A stretch of DNA of 63,987 nucleotides, counting the filler, from Thelocarpon superellum (lineage: Eukaryota), in NCBI GenBank assembly GCA_026025795.1. It is 5 parts of 5 records of this genome, joined end to end, with 100 filler letters (N's around TTAATTAATTAA, not from the genome) between each part and the next. Parts side by side here need not be neighbours in the genome. Positions count along the whole stretch, not along the records: positions 41,934 to 55,787 come from JAPEUG010000449.1; positions 55,888 to 63,987 come from JAPEUG010000611.1; 3 more parts are not named here. The stretch is one strand, 5' to 3'. Shown here in pieces: positions 51,801 to 63,987 of the stretch (positions within the stretch are counted from its first letter, which is position 1; the number at the start of each line of letters is the position of its first letter). The translations under genes were made by a program, and so were the position numbers. The notes beneath the pieces were generated by a model, which was given only the letters and a program-made list of their open reading frames with translations, was not told where the DNA came from and ran no database searches.

Positions 51801-54336
51801 CTGCAAGTCGGTCGATGACCATCCGGCGACTCGACGTGTTGACTGAATCCCCTGGAAGCCGGAAGGGACGATGCAAATGTCACTGGCGGGCAGCACGCGC
51901 GTCGCACGACGTTCCTGTGTTACTTCACAGAAACATCGGAAACGAGTTGGTGACATGAGCCGCCGCGGCGCCATGACGGACCCCACGGCGCCATCCCGGC
52001 CCAGTGCGCACACCTGTTAGGTCGTGTTTAGACAGGGTCCTCCGTAACACACCTCCCTGTGTGTTGCCTGTAGGCTGCACCGTATGATTGCTCAGACGGA
52101 GCACTTGCTCCCTTCCTTGATGGTTCATGATCCGTCTCTCAGGTGTGCGCCTGGCATCGCCACCTTCGCGGCGCGGGTCTACGAGAGCATCGGCCCGCCA
52201 ATGTGCCTTACCATCCCAATTGAGGTACGAAATCCCCCTGAGGTTCTCGAATGATGCCTCAGCAAGACGCGGCGATGTTGGCGTAAATTGTCCGGGTCGG
52301 GGCCGTCCCCCGATCGATCATTCCGATTTCCTCATCACTAAAGCCAGCCACACGTCCCGATAGGGTCATGGCTCGTCTCGACGAGACCGGGGATCCAGGT
52401 CGACCAGGTAAGCCATTGGACGCCAGTCTACCGAACCGCTGACCCGTTCGCTTGGCCTAGCCGAACTCTCACTTATCCAACGGAAAGGTTTCTGTGGGCG
52501 GATGATGGGGGCGACCATCTCGCAGGGACGACGGTATGGGAGCTATCAGGCGGTAGCGACTTGTAGCTACGCTGTGACAGGCCGATCGTCTCCTCAAGGC
52601 CGACGATCCAGCAACGTCACGCCCCTGAAGCCACCATCGCAAATCCGGGTTCAGAATCAACGTTCGGGACGCGAGGTAACCAGGTATTCATCTGGGAGGA
52701 ACGGGTGGCTAACATTTCCCACTGGCCAGGAGCCATGCTCAACTCGCTTGTCCCCGCAAGCTCGACGAAGCCATCTAGACCATGACGTAGGCCAATACCA
52801 ACACCGCCATGGCCCGAACGCTACTCATCTTCTAACGAAGAGCACAAACTCTCGTCCCGAACTTTTACGGAGCTTGACCAAGGCAGAGCAACGGCGAGGG
52901 GTACACTGGGGCACGTCCGTCGCGGCACCAAAGGCGTTGTTGTGGTCGCAAACGCGCGGGCGCGCCGCGGGGACAAGGGAATTGCGTGCGCCCTACGGGA
53001 GCGATTGTAGTCATGAGGGTGTGCAACACCTGAACGAACCGTCCGTCCCCCAGGGCTCGCAGCACCCTCTCTGTCCCAGTGGGAAGAAGGTGGTGGTGGG
53101 TGGTCTGGACTAGGGTCGATGAAGGTCGCTGGGACGGACGGAGTGCGCCAGATGCTGGCAGACGCCTGCAGCGAGGCCGGCCTGACCAGCGCATTGGACG
53201 GGACGGCGATCCTGTGGAGGGATGAGGTGGCGGCGACGTCCATCCCGCACGTCCTGGATGGGGGGTGTGGCGCTCGTAGTGGTGCGCCCCTCCAGGCTTA
53301 GTGTGCGCCAGCGAATCGATGGCCCTGCAGGCGAGGGCGGTGCTCCCTTCCCGATGCCTGGACCTTGGGACCAGCAGCGAGGGGGGGGAGGGACCTGACG
53401 GTGCCCGTCGTAGTCAGCACCATCTCCAGTCGCCGTCACTCGCGGCGCCCCTCCCGCCCTTGAAGTTTGGAAGCGACGGACGAGTAGCTTCCTCCTCCTC
53501 CGGCGGGGGACCCCAGCCGGCCGGCCGCTAAACTGGCCGCTTCGTGGAGTGGGCGAGCGACGAAGTGGAGGGCCTCTCGCCTCTGATTGGAGCACGGGCC
53601 GATACGACGGGAACTGCACGAGCAAGTCATTATGATTCTCGCCCTGCCTGACTTCACGGATGGCTCGGCCCAACTGGACCGTTTCCTCGTCCCCTGTCGC
53701 CAGCGAGCAAGCCGGTGTCAAAACTCAGATACATGGTGTCTCGGATCAATTCTGCGGGCGCGCACGTCCCCCAAACCTGTCGGCTCCGGGCAGCGCTGGC
53801 CGGTCCGTTTCGCTTGCTGCCTCAGGCGACTTGCGTCCCATGCGCGACGGGCAGCAGGGTCGCCTCGAAGAGCGAGGCCCGCAAACAAAGTGTATCACAT
53901 TTGACGTCCGACCAGCTTGATCGAGAGGCATTACCGCTGATCCTTCAACTCTCCGTCCTACCACCTCATCACAGGGTTGGACCTCCCGAGCACGGCTTAG
54001 AGGAGAGTCCCGACTGAGGACCCACCCTCGGAGAGTTTATCCGCTGGAGACGGCCATATCCATGAGGGACGTCATTGGCCGGCAGAGTGTGTGGGCCCGC
54101 AGACCACGCGCCGGAGCGGTGGCGTAGGCCAGGCCAGATGTCAAAACGGCAGAACCACCAAGATCAGCCGCGAGGCTGACGCCAATGACATGACTGGACG
54201 ACACTCTTGCCACTATCAGTGCAGTTTCGATGGGACATAGCCAAAAGGCTTCCTCATCCGTCTGCACGGTCTGAATTGAAAGGAGGGGCACGATACGGAT
54301 GACGCATCTAAGGGATAGCTCGAGGGAAGCTTGCAT

Positions 54337-55736
54337 CTATTGCGAGCACACATGTTCCTCGCCGTCTGCACCCATGCGGTCCCAAGTGACGGCCGCGATG
54401 TCGCTTATGCCTTTTTGTCTCTCTGCGCCCGACTGACCGAGAAACAGGTTGGCGACGGGCCAGGCGTGGACAGATCCATCTTCCTCACGCGCCACCACCT
54501 TAGCACCAGCCCTGCGCAACCGTGCAACCAAGCTCCGGCAGTCCGGAGCGAAGACCTCCTCCGCGCCGTAGAGCACCATGAGCCCTTTGGTCGGCGCGGC
54601 CCGGGCCCACCAGCCGAGGTCCTGGCATGTTCCCGGCGACACGATCGGGTCGAAGAGCGAGGCTTTCGGGCCTACGTATTGTCGAGCGTAGAGCTGCAAG
54701 CTCTGGACGTTCAGGAAGTCACTCGAGGTGTCTTGATTCCGAGGGGACTCCAACGTCACCCACGGCGAGATCAACGTCGCGAAGCCCGGTCGCTGTTGCG
54801 ATCGCTCCGGTGCGTGCGCCAGGTGCAGTAAGAGACTGAGAATGAGGGTGCCGCCGGCCGAGTCTCCGCTTAGACAGATGCGCTCGGGACGATCGGTCTT
54901 GGAGAGGACAAAGTCGTAGCCGGCCAGCGCTTCATGAAGTTGTTGGGGATAGACAGCCTCGGGAGCCAAGGTATACTCGAGCGCAAAAATGGCTGGGTTG
55001 CGGAAGCCATTTGCTTGGAGTAGCGCCACCCAGACCAGAAGAAATTCAAGATAGAAATAGCTGGACCCCATTGAGAATCCACCGCCTACGGCATTCGTTA
55101 ATTATGCCTACGATCGGCCTGTGCCAGGAAGATGATACGATACCGTGGATATAATAAATAACGATATCTGGAGGCTCGAGCTCGTCGCTGGAGATCCAGA
55201 TTCCCCTTACTCCCATCTGGGTCTCTGTTAGCCGCCGCTCTGGGGGCCGGATTTCATGACGAGAATGATCATTGTCACATACGCGGTTCACCTCTCTCCA
55301 GTATATGGGAGATCTCCAGTACCCGTGGCGCATCATACGAAAGCGAATGAAGGGTAAAGCGACAGGCTTGGAAAAGAACACACGCCCTATGCGTGCGGGC
55401 ATTTCGGCAAAGGCATACCGAACGCAGCGAATGACCAGGTCCTGAAACGCCGAGGCTCGTTGCACGAACGGCGTCTGATTGAGCCTTCGAGTGAAGTACC
55501 TATCTCTGACCAATTGTATGGGTAAAGTGAGAACTATCTCCATGTTAGAAGACTGATTTGGGGGTCCTCAATGGGACGATGGGGGGATTCAACCCGCCGG
55601 GAATCTCACCAAGGAAAGGGAGTGCACGAAGACCGCAGTTTAGAGTACCCCAGAAGCCGACGTCAATGAGCAATTGTGGCACGAGAAATAGCAAAAAGAC
55701 GAAACAATCCAACCAAGATACCTCACCAAGAATCAT
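54337..55736 (-). CDS. Alpha/beta hydrolase of the HSL-like esterase family (Say1/Mug180-like), multi-exon
   Basis: IYYIH|GGGFSMGS oxyanion motif, LEYTLAP, nucleophile GDSAGG, LISPW, HAW; N-terminal hydrophobic segment. Confidence 0.88.
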
Positions 55737-55787
55737 CTTGAATACCGCTGCCTTAACGTTGCCATCCGGGATGGATGTCGTGGCAAC

Positions 55788-55887
55788 NNNNNNNNNNNNN
55801 NNNNNNNNNNNNNNNNNNNNNNNNNNNNNNNTTAATTAATTAANNNNNNNNNNNNNNNNNNNNNNNNNNNNNNNNNNNNNNNNNNNN
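55788..55887. other. Artificial contig linker
   Basis: N44-TTAATTAATTAA-N44. Confidence 0.98.
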
Positions 55888-57238
55888 CTCCTTCTCCTTC
55901 TCCTTCCTCCTCTCCACACCAGATGCCGCCCGATCCATGACGATTATCGCCCGCCCACCTCGCTTCCCGCTCCCTTCGGATCTCCTCTCTCTTCTCCGTC
56001 CACTTGGGTCCAACTTCCCATCGCCATCCATCCCCCGTCGTGTTGCAGATCGGCAGCGCCCACAGCCACGGCGTCGGGCCAAATAAATGCCGTAGATTGT
56101 CTCGCCATCCCAGATCAAACGCGTGCGGGAGCCGCTCCGAGTCTTTCTCGTCGAGGTATTCTTCGTATCGCGCCCGTTCCCGCGTCCGCTCGTGCTGGGT
56201 GTAGTTGAGGCGTTGGAGAGAAGACTGGGCTGCGCTGAGGTTTGGTCTTGGGCTGGCTTCCAGTGACGCTGCGGTGTCGGTAGTGCTGGCGGGAGTTGGA
56301 GTCGGAGACCGTCGCTCTTCGCCCTCTTCCGGTCGTGAAATTCCAGGCAGAGCGTTGGTGTGGATCTCCCGCAGTTGCTCGCCGTAGCTCCGCCCGCCTA
56401 AGCTCTGATGCTGCATGGATTTCCGCAAGGGTGTCAGATATCGTGTCTTCTCCAGACACTCAATCGTGGTTTGGTTCCGCCATGCCAGCGAGAGGTGCCA
56501 GCTGGTGAATCCCGCCAGGACGAGACCGATGATACCCGATATCACTGCGAGAATCACATAATGCACGGGCATCAGAGTATCCGTGTACGGTCCTTGCGTG
56601 AGCAGCTCATTCCACGTCCAGGAAAAGGAGACGGCGAAGCAGAGCCAGCAGAAGAGCGTGACGTAGACGAGGAACAGCAAAAAAGCCTTGTAGTTCCTCA
56701 GTCCCACGCACGTCGCAAGCCATGGACAGTGGTGGTCCATCTTCAGCACGCATCGCTTGCATGTCGAGCAGTGATGCGCGCGGTCCGGCTTGCGCGTCTG
56801 ACACTTCTTGCAGTATCGCGTGCCGCCCGTCGACTTGACCGTGAAGGACGACGAGGTCGATGGTTCTGCGGTTGGAAGGAAGCTGTATCCATTTCCCGAG
56901 GAGAGAGGTGATCCTGGATCGACAAATACCGCCGTGCTATAAGACCAGTTGAGGAGGACGTACAAAATGATTCCTGCCGTGGCCGTCGTTGGCCCTGACC
57001 TGTCAGCATGCGTCGCCACACCGGCACGTGGTGACATACCAGCCCAGCGAGATCGTTCGGGTAGAGATGCAATCGTCGCTTGAACCCACACCGCCCATGT
57101 TGTCATTCCATAGACAAACGCCAGCGGAAAGCACGTCAACGCCATACAGCACCATCGTTCCAGCCTCCGAGCCCATCGTTTAGGTCGTCGTTTCGGCGTT
57201 GGAGACCCCGGAAGTGACGGCGAGCCCAGGGTCGCCAT
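55888..57238 (-). CDS. PFA3: DHHC palmitoyltransferase Pfa3, 3'-truncated
   Basis: [60 protein letters not shown]; intron 57039-56995. Confidence 0.9.
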
Positions 57239-58373
57239 CAGAGCTTGTATTCTCACGTGGTCATGGCCATGCTGCGCCAACTGTTGCTGTCATCATGGAT
57301 CAAGACGGTGGTGTTATATCGTGTGACGTACACGGCTGTGGTAAACGTCCCGCAGCCACGATCCAAATGCAACACGTGATTCCACGTTCGGCGTCACTGG
57401 TCAAATTGTACGGGAGCCTTCACCTCGCACAAGGACTGTTCGGTCCTCCAATATCCACATCACGTGGATCCGTAAATAGACCCTTCCCATGGTCTAGGAG
57501 CAACGAGACTGTTACTCGCACTCATCGAAACCCAGGAGTATGGATGAGGGGGTTCCTCCTTACATCATCAAGGGAACCTCATTGGCTTCAACCTTCTCTT
57601 CACGCCTTTGACTCTGTTCAAGCAACGTTCAAGACGCTGTCATTCTTCTGCATTGCCTATGTACAGGCACCGGTGTGTGCTAAGATAGCTAGCTGAAGAT
57701 TGAAACAATCATCCCCACCAATCTGACCCGGTCATGGATCGTTTGATCTGCGGTTCAGTGCATTGACTCACTGTGCTAAACCATCTTGATCGACTGATCA
57801 ATGCCATGTCCTTTCGCAATCGTATAGGTACCCCTCCCCTGCGCCACGTCACTCGATCCGGCTCTTCACGTTACAGTCGCCAGTGGGTGAATAGGGACCG
57901 AGCTTCGCATTTATCCCTCAAGCGGGTGCGTGCTCTACCACTCGGGACCAGTACTCGGACTCCCCCGTCTGCCCTTGTTCCCTGCCTCTGGCCCACTGCA
58001 TGCCATGAACAATGTCCCCGCAAATCTCAAGCATGGCACAGACTAGTCCTAGACGATATCTAGGGCATGATTGTTCCGACCCACCTTCCATGTCCGATCC
58101 AGCGCGATCCATCCAATCTCTCCAGGTGGACTCCCGTCGCGGTGTCCTTGATAGAACACGTTCGGTCTTTCTCTCAGAACCCGGGCATGATGTACCCATG
58201 CATGCATCCGAGTTTATACTCCCCGAGCCACGGTCGACTAAAGAGGCAGCGTCGACCATTGAAAAGCCGCATCGGTCTACCACGTCGTATACCGCACCGT
58301 GAAGCTGAAGCGCGACCACGTCCCCATCCCTTCTCTGGACCCTGACCAGCAACCCGTGTCCGTCACAATCAAC

Positions 58374-59251
58374 ATGGTCCAACTCCAGCATCTTCTCCTC
58401 GTGAGCGTGACGGCGGTGCTCAATGGCGTGTTGGCGTCAGCGCTGGCTCAAGCCGGGCCGGGAGCACAGCCTGCCGGCGGCAGCGCGAGCCAGAGCGTCG
58501 ACTCGACCAAATACGAAGACGAGCAGCTGTCCAAGTGCGACTTTGCCGCGATCAACGCGACGTTCGTGACGCCCGACCGCGACGAGCTCATCGCGAACAT
58601 CACCGCTCTCTGCCCGGGCCACTTTCCCAGCATCATCTGCATCGTGCACGACGAGATCGACGACGACCTGGTCCACATCGCGCCCAGCGTCGAGGAGAAC
58701 GGCGACGTGCACACCTACTGTCCCGGCAATGAGGCCCTGGCGGTATCACAGGCGCGCGCCCTGATGAACGCCTCTCTCCCCTCCCCTCCGCCCGCCGCCG
58801 CCGCCGCCGCCGCGGTTCCCAACCACAACAAACGCAGTCCCTCCCTTCTTCCCCCTCCCATCATGCCCCGGCAGGCCAACAACCAACAATGGCACGTGTA
58901 CGCCAACGAAAGCGAGCAATTCAGCGACATAATCTCCTTCTGTCCGACCCTGCTCCCCGACACGCCCGACGCCAACCGCACCGCCGCCTTCCTCGTCAAC
59001 CTCGCGCAAGCCCTCGGCCCCGCCAAGGTGAAGACGTTCAGCATCGCGGCGCGCTTCGCGTGCGGGCCGTCCATCGATCCCGTCACCTTCTTCAACCGAT
59101 GCCTGGGTCCGCTCGCGAACGGTCAGTCGCCGGTGCGCAGCTCTCGCATCCATGCCAAAGCGAGTGCAAAGGCTCATGCTGCTTACGATCCCGCCGGGTG
59201 TCCGTGTGCGACGAACGAACAGCCGTTGTAGAGACGGATTGCGTCTCGTGA
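58374..59251 (+). CDS. Orphan secreted cysteine-patterned protein (258 aa if spliced)
   Basis: Signal-like MVQLQHLLLVSVTAVLNGVLA and strong C/G third-position bias. Predicted intron 59122-59222 (GTCAGT..CAG) gives the end AVVETDCVS*; the unspliced ORF ends at 59231. Confidence 0.75.
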
Positions 59252-59584
59252 GAACTGACAGGTCGAGGTGAAGGCGATTTCGCGGCCAAGGTGCGAGGGG
59301 AAAGAGACGAATGGACGTGAACTGCATTGCTGTAGATAGGAAGCGTGTCGCCCAGGTAGAACAACAACGTTGAAGATCAGAACAAAGGAACATGGTAGAT
59401 TGCGTACGATAATTTTCGGACTACTACTCTTACATTTGATTGTCCCCCGTCCTTCCCTCGCTCTTCTTCCTTCTCACGCCCTACCCAACTAATGAGCCAT
59501 GGCCATTGACCCTCAAACATCCATCGTCTCTCTCTCTTATCAATCCACCCACCCCACCCCCCTTCCTCCCTCCACCTTTCTCGG

Positions 59585-60578
59585 CTAGGAATCAGCCTTC
59601 TTGCTCTTGACCTTTGGCGTCGCACTGCCGCTCTTCACGCGCCGCGCATCGGGCCGCTTGATATGGTGCTCTGGAATCCAACTCTCGTCGTACTTGGCTG
59701 CGCCCGTGGACGACACCGCGGTCGTCTGGGCCTCCCCACCACTGCTGATGCCGTCGATGGACTCGAGGCCTTTCTTGCTCGTCTTCTTGGTTCGGCTAGG
59801 GTTCCGCTTCGCAGGGAACAAGGTCGTGATCCACGTCGTGTAGATGAAGTAGATCGTTCCCCCGAATACAGCCAGGAGGAACAGGTACAGGAATATACTG
59901 CGGTTGTGTTCCGTTAATTCATCGTGTGGTCCGGGTGAGAGAGGGGGGGCTGGGGGAAGACTCACATTTGGGGATCAAAGATGCTGGTCTCAGGCTCGAC
60001 GACGGTGACCGTCTCGTTGTAGGCCTGGAGGGTATACACGGCACCATTATGGTCCTGGACGAGCGCCGCCAGATTCAGACGCAGCTCTTCCGGCTGCAGC
60101 TCCGTGGAGAAGGAATACGGCAGACTTTCCATCTTCCCCCCGGCAATCTCCACGTTGTATTTCACCGTCGTCAGGTTGCGCAGGTTCTGTGGTGGGTTGC
60201 CCGAAATGGTCCATAATGAGCCGCCGACCATGGCCACCGTGATCGGATCCTCCTCGTTGTTCACCACCGACAGCACGGATTGTGTCGCGTGACCATTGAC
60301 CAGCTTGACACCAAATATCTCTGATTGCGGAAAGGACACCGAGGCCTGCACGGCTAATTGAGGTGGCCCTTTGGATGAGGAGTCGTCGGTGCCATCTGCC
60401 GCCGCGGGCTGCTCGAGGTTAGTTGGTCGTCGTCCTTGGTCGTTGACCTCTCGCTGCGTGCGCAGCTGCTCTCGCATCGCCCTGATTGGAATGGAGAGAC
60501 ACTGACCTCTGAGGCAGCCCAGGTGCTCAAGCAATGCAAGGAGAGAAGGGCGAGAACGGAATGTTTAAGAACCGTCAT
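59585..60578 (-). CDS. IRC22: Translocon-associated protein alpha (TRAP-alpha/Irc22)
   Basis: Signal peptide, FPQSEIFGVKLVNG...LRNLT..Y...LPYSFSTELQP...AYNETVTVVEPETSIFDPQ|IFLYLFL TM helix, YDESWIPEHHI; two introns. Confidence 0.9.
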
Positions 60579-61270
60579 GACGTCGTGCTTCGTGCAATTG
60601 AAGTGGAACTCTACTCCAGCCAGTGGCAGGGCTCGAGTTGGCTCGAGTTCAAGAGCGAGGGAGGGTGGTAGAAGGAGTGAAGAGAGTGAGAAGTGAGGGC
60701 GAACGTTACTCAGGAGTGTGCGGGGTGGGAAGGGAGGGTGGAAAAGAGAGGATGAGCGGAGCAACGGGTGGGGGGCGGAGGATCTCAACAGATGGCAATG
60801 ACACCGGAGGTGGAGGATCCAGTCGCTTGTCTTTGTTATTCTGCTGCCCGATGGACGCTGGTGGCTGCTCGCTCGCCAGTCGCTTAGCTGTGGAAAGGTG
60901 TTGCAAACTTAGGCGTCGATCTGGGGAGTGAGAGCGAGGAGCTTGGCTGACTCAGCGTCCCGAGGGGACCTCACTCGGCTATGCTTCTTCTCGACCGTCA
61001 ACCATCGACGCGGCCGTCGTCGATGGCCAATCGTAAGTCCAATCTCCAGGTCGCGGACCTAGATGCACCGCAATCATGAGATTCCATTCTGCTTGACTAG
61101 CACTGCTAGTAGCTGCTATCGCACAAGTCACATCGACTCCATCCCGAACGTCAATTTCTACTCTCTTCTCCTCACATTGCACCCCCCCGTGCGCTCTTCC
61201 ATCACCACCCACCTTTCATTCCTCACCACCACGCAAATCCCCAGCATGACACCTCGACATACCCCCTCCA

Positions 61271-61808
61271 TCACACTTTGGTCAGACGGACGACCGTGGT
61301 ATCCAGATAGTGCAATTCGTCGGGAAATCGACACTTTTCGCCAAAAGCACATGGATTGCCCGCTTGACAGCGGTGACCATAGATGCATTTGAGATCATTG
61401 CATTCGCTGCCCATCCGGCACGGAGCCAGTCGAGCAATGTAGCGCAACACGCTGAACTCCGCCGGCGACGGCCTGTACTCGTGGTCATGCGGACAGGCAT
61501 CGCCGTGCTGACAGTCGCCACGCAGTTGGTACACGTTGCACATCTTCAAGGCCTTGACCCGCTTGACGTCGAACTTGTCGTACTTCAGCTCCGCATCCAC
61601 CCGCTGGCCCTTGCGGTTGCGCGGCACCGTCTGCGCCGTCGAGTTACTGGGCTGGGGCGTCGTTGGGGGGGACGCCACCATCGGTTGTGGCAGGCCCGTC
61701 GCCGCCGATACCCATGACTGTGGCGTGGCGGATGGAGCGGTGTTGAAGGTCGTCAAGGTGGGCCCAGAGGCCGTCTGGCTGAGATATTGCTGAGTCTGAT
61801 ACATCTGA

Positions 61809-61841
<33 letters not shown>

Positions 61842-63048
61842 TGTTGCTGTTGTTGATATTGCTGCTGTTGCTGCTGAAGCTGAAGCTGTTGTTGAAATTG
61901 ATGGACATTGATCTTTCTCGTGCGGAAGATGGATTCAAAGCGAACTTGTCCCAATGGAGGACTAAGCTTGGCCAACTCTTTTTCAAAGGCTGTGCCTTCC
62001 AACAACGTGAGACGATGCGCGCACGTCTGGTCAGTCACGAATTCCTCCAGCATCGGCGCATAACCATTATCGTGCGAACAACCGAAGAGGACATGGCGAC
62101 AGTGCACGTCGAACAGAGAAAGCTTCAAAACCTCTGCCACTGTCGTCAGTCCTCTTGGAGTCCCACTCACGACCGGCACCAGCTGCTCACCCGAGACTTT
62201 GTTATCGGCCCGTTCCTTGCCACTCCCCACGTCGATAAAATCAAAGAGATGTTTGCTGCGTGTCAGGCCGCGGGTGAAGTCTTCCACCATGGACGGCTTC
62301 TCCACGATGCCCGCGCGATAGCACGTTTCGGCTAGTCCCTTGACATTGGCGTAGACACGCGTGACCATCTTACAGTCGGCGGGGATGTCTTGGTGGTTTT
62401 TCTGCAGATAGTCGCGCGTGGCGCTCCATAGCAGTCCGGCGGCATCTTTGCCGCCTTGTTCGCCCTTTTGCAGCAAAAGATCTTGGAACTATGGAGCGCC
62501 GGCAGGTCAGTGGATCCGATCGTGGACCGGGCGCCGGGCGGCGGGCGGCGGGCGCCGGGCGGACGAGGAGGGGCACGTACGATCATGCCATCGCCATCGA
62601 TCAAAACGAGCACAAAGGGATTCCGATCCTAGACGGGCCCGTCTCGTCAGCCGGAGCACGACGCTGGACTAGGCCGGCCAGATGCATCCGACCAGGCGTT
62701 ACCATAAAGGACTTCAACAGCCGAATATCATTCTTGAATTGAGACTCTCGCACTTGCACATCTCGATTGAACTGCATCTCGCGACTGCGGTCGAGACACG
62801 CCGTGTGGTATTCCTCCGCGAGTAAATCGAGCTTGACCAAGAGCTCCTGTCGTGTGCATCACCACGTGCCTCCGATCAGCCAGGCTCAGTCTTCCCGGGG
62901 ACAGGCACCGCTGGGGGGGGGGCAGCAGGTAGAGTCCGGGGAGGTACACACGCCCGCTTACCTCGATCAGCCGATCCTTGGCCGATTCCGTCTCCTTCAA
63001 GCGCTTAAAGCGATCACGGAAGTTTTCATTGAACAATTGGTCGGCCAT
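61271..63048 (-). CDS. Fungal CCCH zinc-finger protein (coiled coil, NYN-like LIDGDG domain, tandem CCCH), multi-exon
   Basis: VLIDGDGMI, GEQGGKDAA, RVYANVKGL, FDFIDVGSGKERADNK, FGCSHDNGY; C-terminal CNVYQLRGDCQHGDACPHDH and CRMGSECNDLKCIYGH. Confidence 0.85.
61810..61895 (-). repeat. CAG/CAA trinucleotide tract encoding poly-Gln in the CCCH protein
   Basis: [28 protein letters not shown] in the ORF translation. Confidence 0.95.
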
Positions 63049-63987
63049 GGTGCCGATGTGGGATGACCGGAGAGAAGGAGGAAGAGGACAAGGGCGGAAA
63101 GGAAGGGAGCTGGGAGCTGGACGCCGGGAGCCGGGAGGTGGAGATTTACCAGATCACGACATATCGGACCGAACAGAGAAGTATGAGTAAGTGGGTGGTC
63201 GCGTGCTCCAGTCTCACCCTCCGTGGGACGTACGTGGGCAGGACGCAGGAAGCGTGACGGGTGAATGATGTGAAAGATGGGTCAGATCCCGGGTCAACGA
63301 ATTACTTACGACCGCGAGAGCGGTCGTGGTACGGGGTAGTACAGGGCCGGCGACGGACGACACCTATGCAATGCTCGTCGAGCTACTCGTGCGGCGCTGG
63401 GACTGGTACAGGTGCTGAAGCCTGGATGGGACGTCACATACGAGTATGGTCGTAAAAGGCAGACCGACCCCGACCCTGGGCCGGGGCCAGTAGCGTGCAA
63501 GGAGGCGTGCTGCTCGAGCGTGTGCAAGAAGCCAGAGGGCAGGGGCCAGGGCTGGGGTTGGGACCGGGGCCAGGGAGCTGATATGGATATTAAACAATGT
63601 GACGAGCAGCCACACACACACACATGTGCACATGCGAGCACTCCGGAGACGACTGCTTTCTTTTCCCATAGCTACTCGTAGTCGTACTCGTACTCGCCGA
63701 GGGTAGCTGTATGGAAGTGATTAGCTCGATGGGCCTTGGGGAGCGGAGCTGAGCTAGACAGGAATAACGCGGTGACTGTGATGTGTCGGCACGACTTGTG
63801 GAACTGGTTTCAAACCAGTACTGTGCCGACGGCCTATTTGCTGTGGGATCTCGGAAGCTCGTTCCACTAAGCGCGCGCTGGTTGCCAGTAGCCAGCTGCA
63901 GGGTGATGTGCAGCGCTACGCGTGGCAGGAGTAAGGAGTGGGAGCAGTAGCAAGGCAGCTCATACAAAGAGTCACGCTTGGACGAGT

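Overview
GC-rich filamentous ascomycete (Pezizomycotina-type) genomic DNA with short GT-AG spliceosomal introns; the species cannot be determined from sequence alone. The window is not contiguous: five contigs are joined by identical artificial 100-nt linkers (N44-TTAATTAATTAA-N44), and the three complete contigs shrink in steps (13866, 13860, 13854 nt), so gene order across linkers is meaningless. Contig 1: partial LMBR1/LMBRD1-type transporter, CPSF160/Cft1, polo kinase. Contig 2: partial Sch9 kinase, Clg1/Mug80-type cyclin, DUF3176-like protein, partial multi-pass membrane protein. Contig 3: Nup2-like nucleoporin, F-box protein, UbcH10-type E2, Chk1, RPL31, SCP2/POX18. Contig 4: Sel1/TPR protein, CTP synthase, a decayed P-loop kinase plus Nudix pair, VelC-type velvet protein, alpha/beta hydrolase. 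Contig 5: Pfa3, an orphan Cys-patterned secreted precursor, TRAP-alpha/Irc22, a CCCH zinc-finger protein. The best leads are the intronless kinase/Nudix islet beside CTP synthase (the Nudix gene has an in-frame TGA), a possible two-chain toxin/effector precursor, a 440-nt stop-free Cft1 intron with poly(A)-like signals, a long uORF-bearing cyclin leader, and clustered CACGTG boxes upstream of vacuolar genes. No rRNA, tRNA, CRISPR array or intact transposon was recognised. Family calls come from recalled motifs, not database searches.
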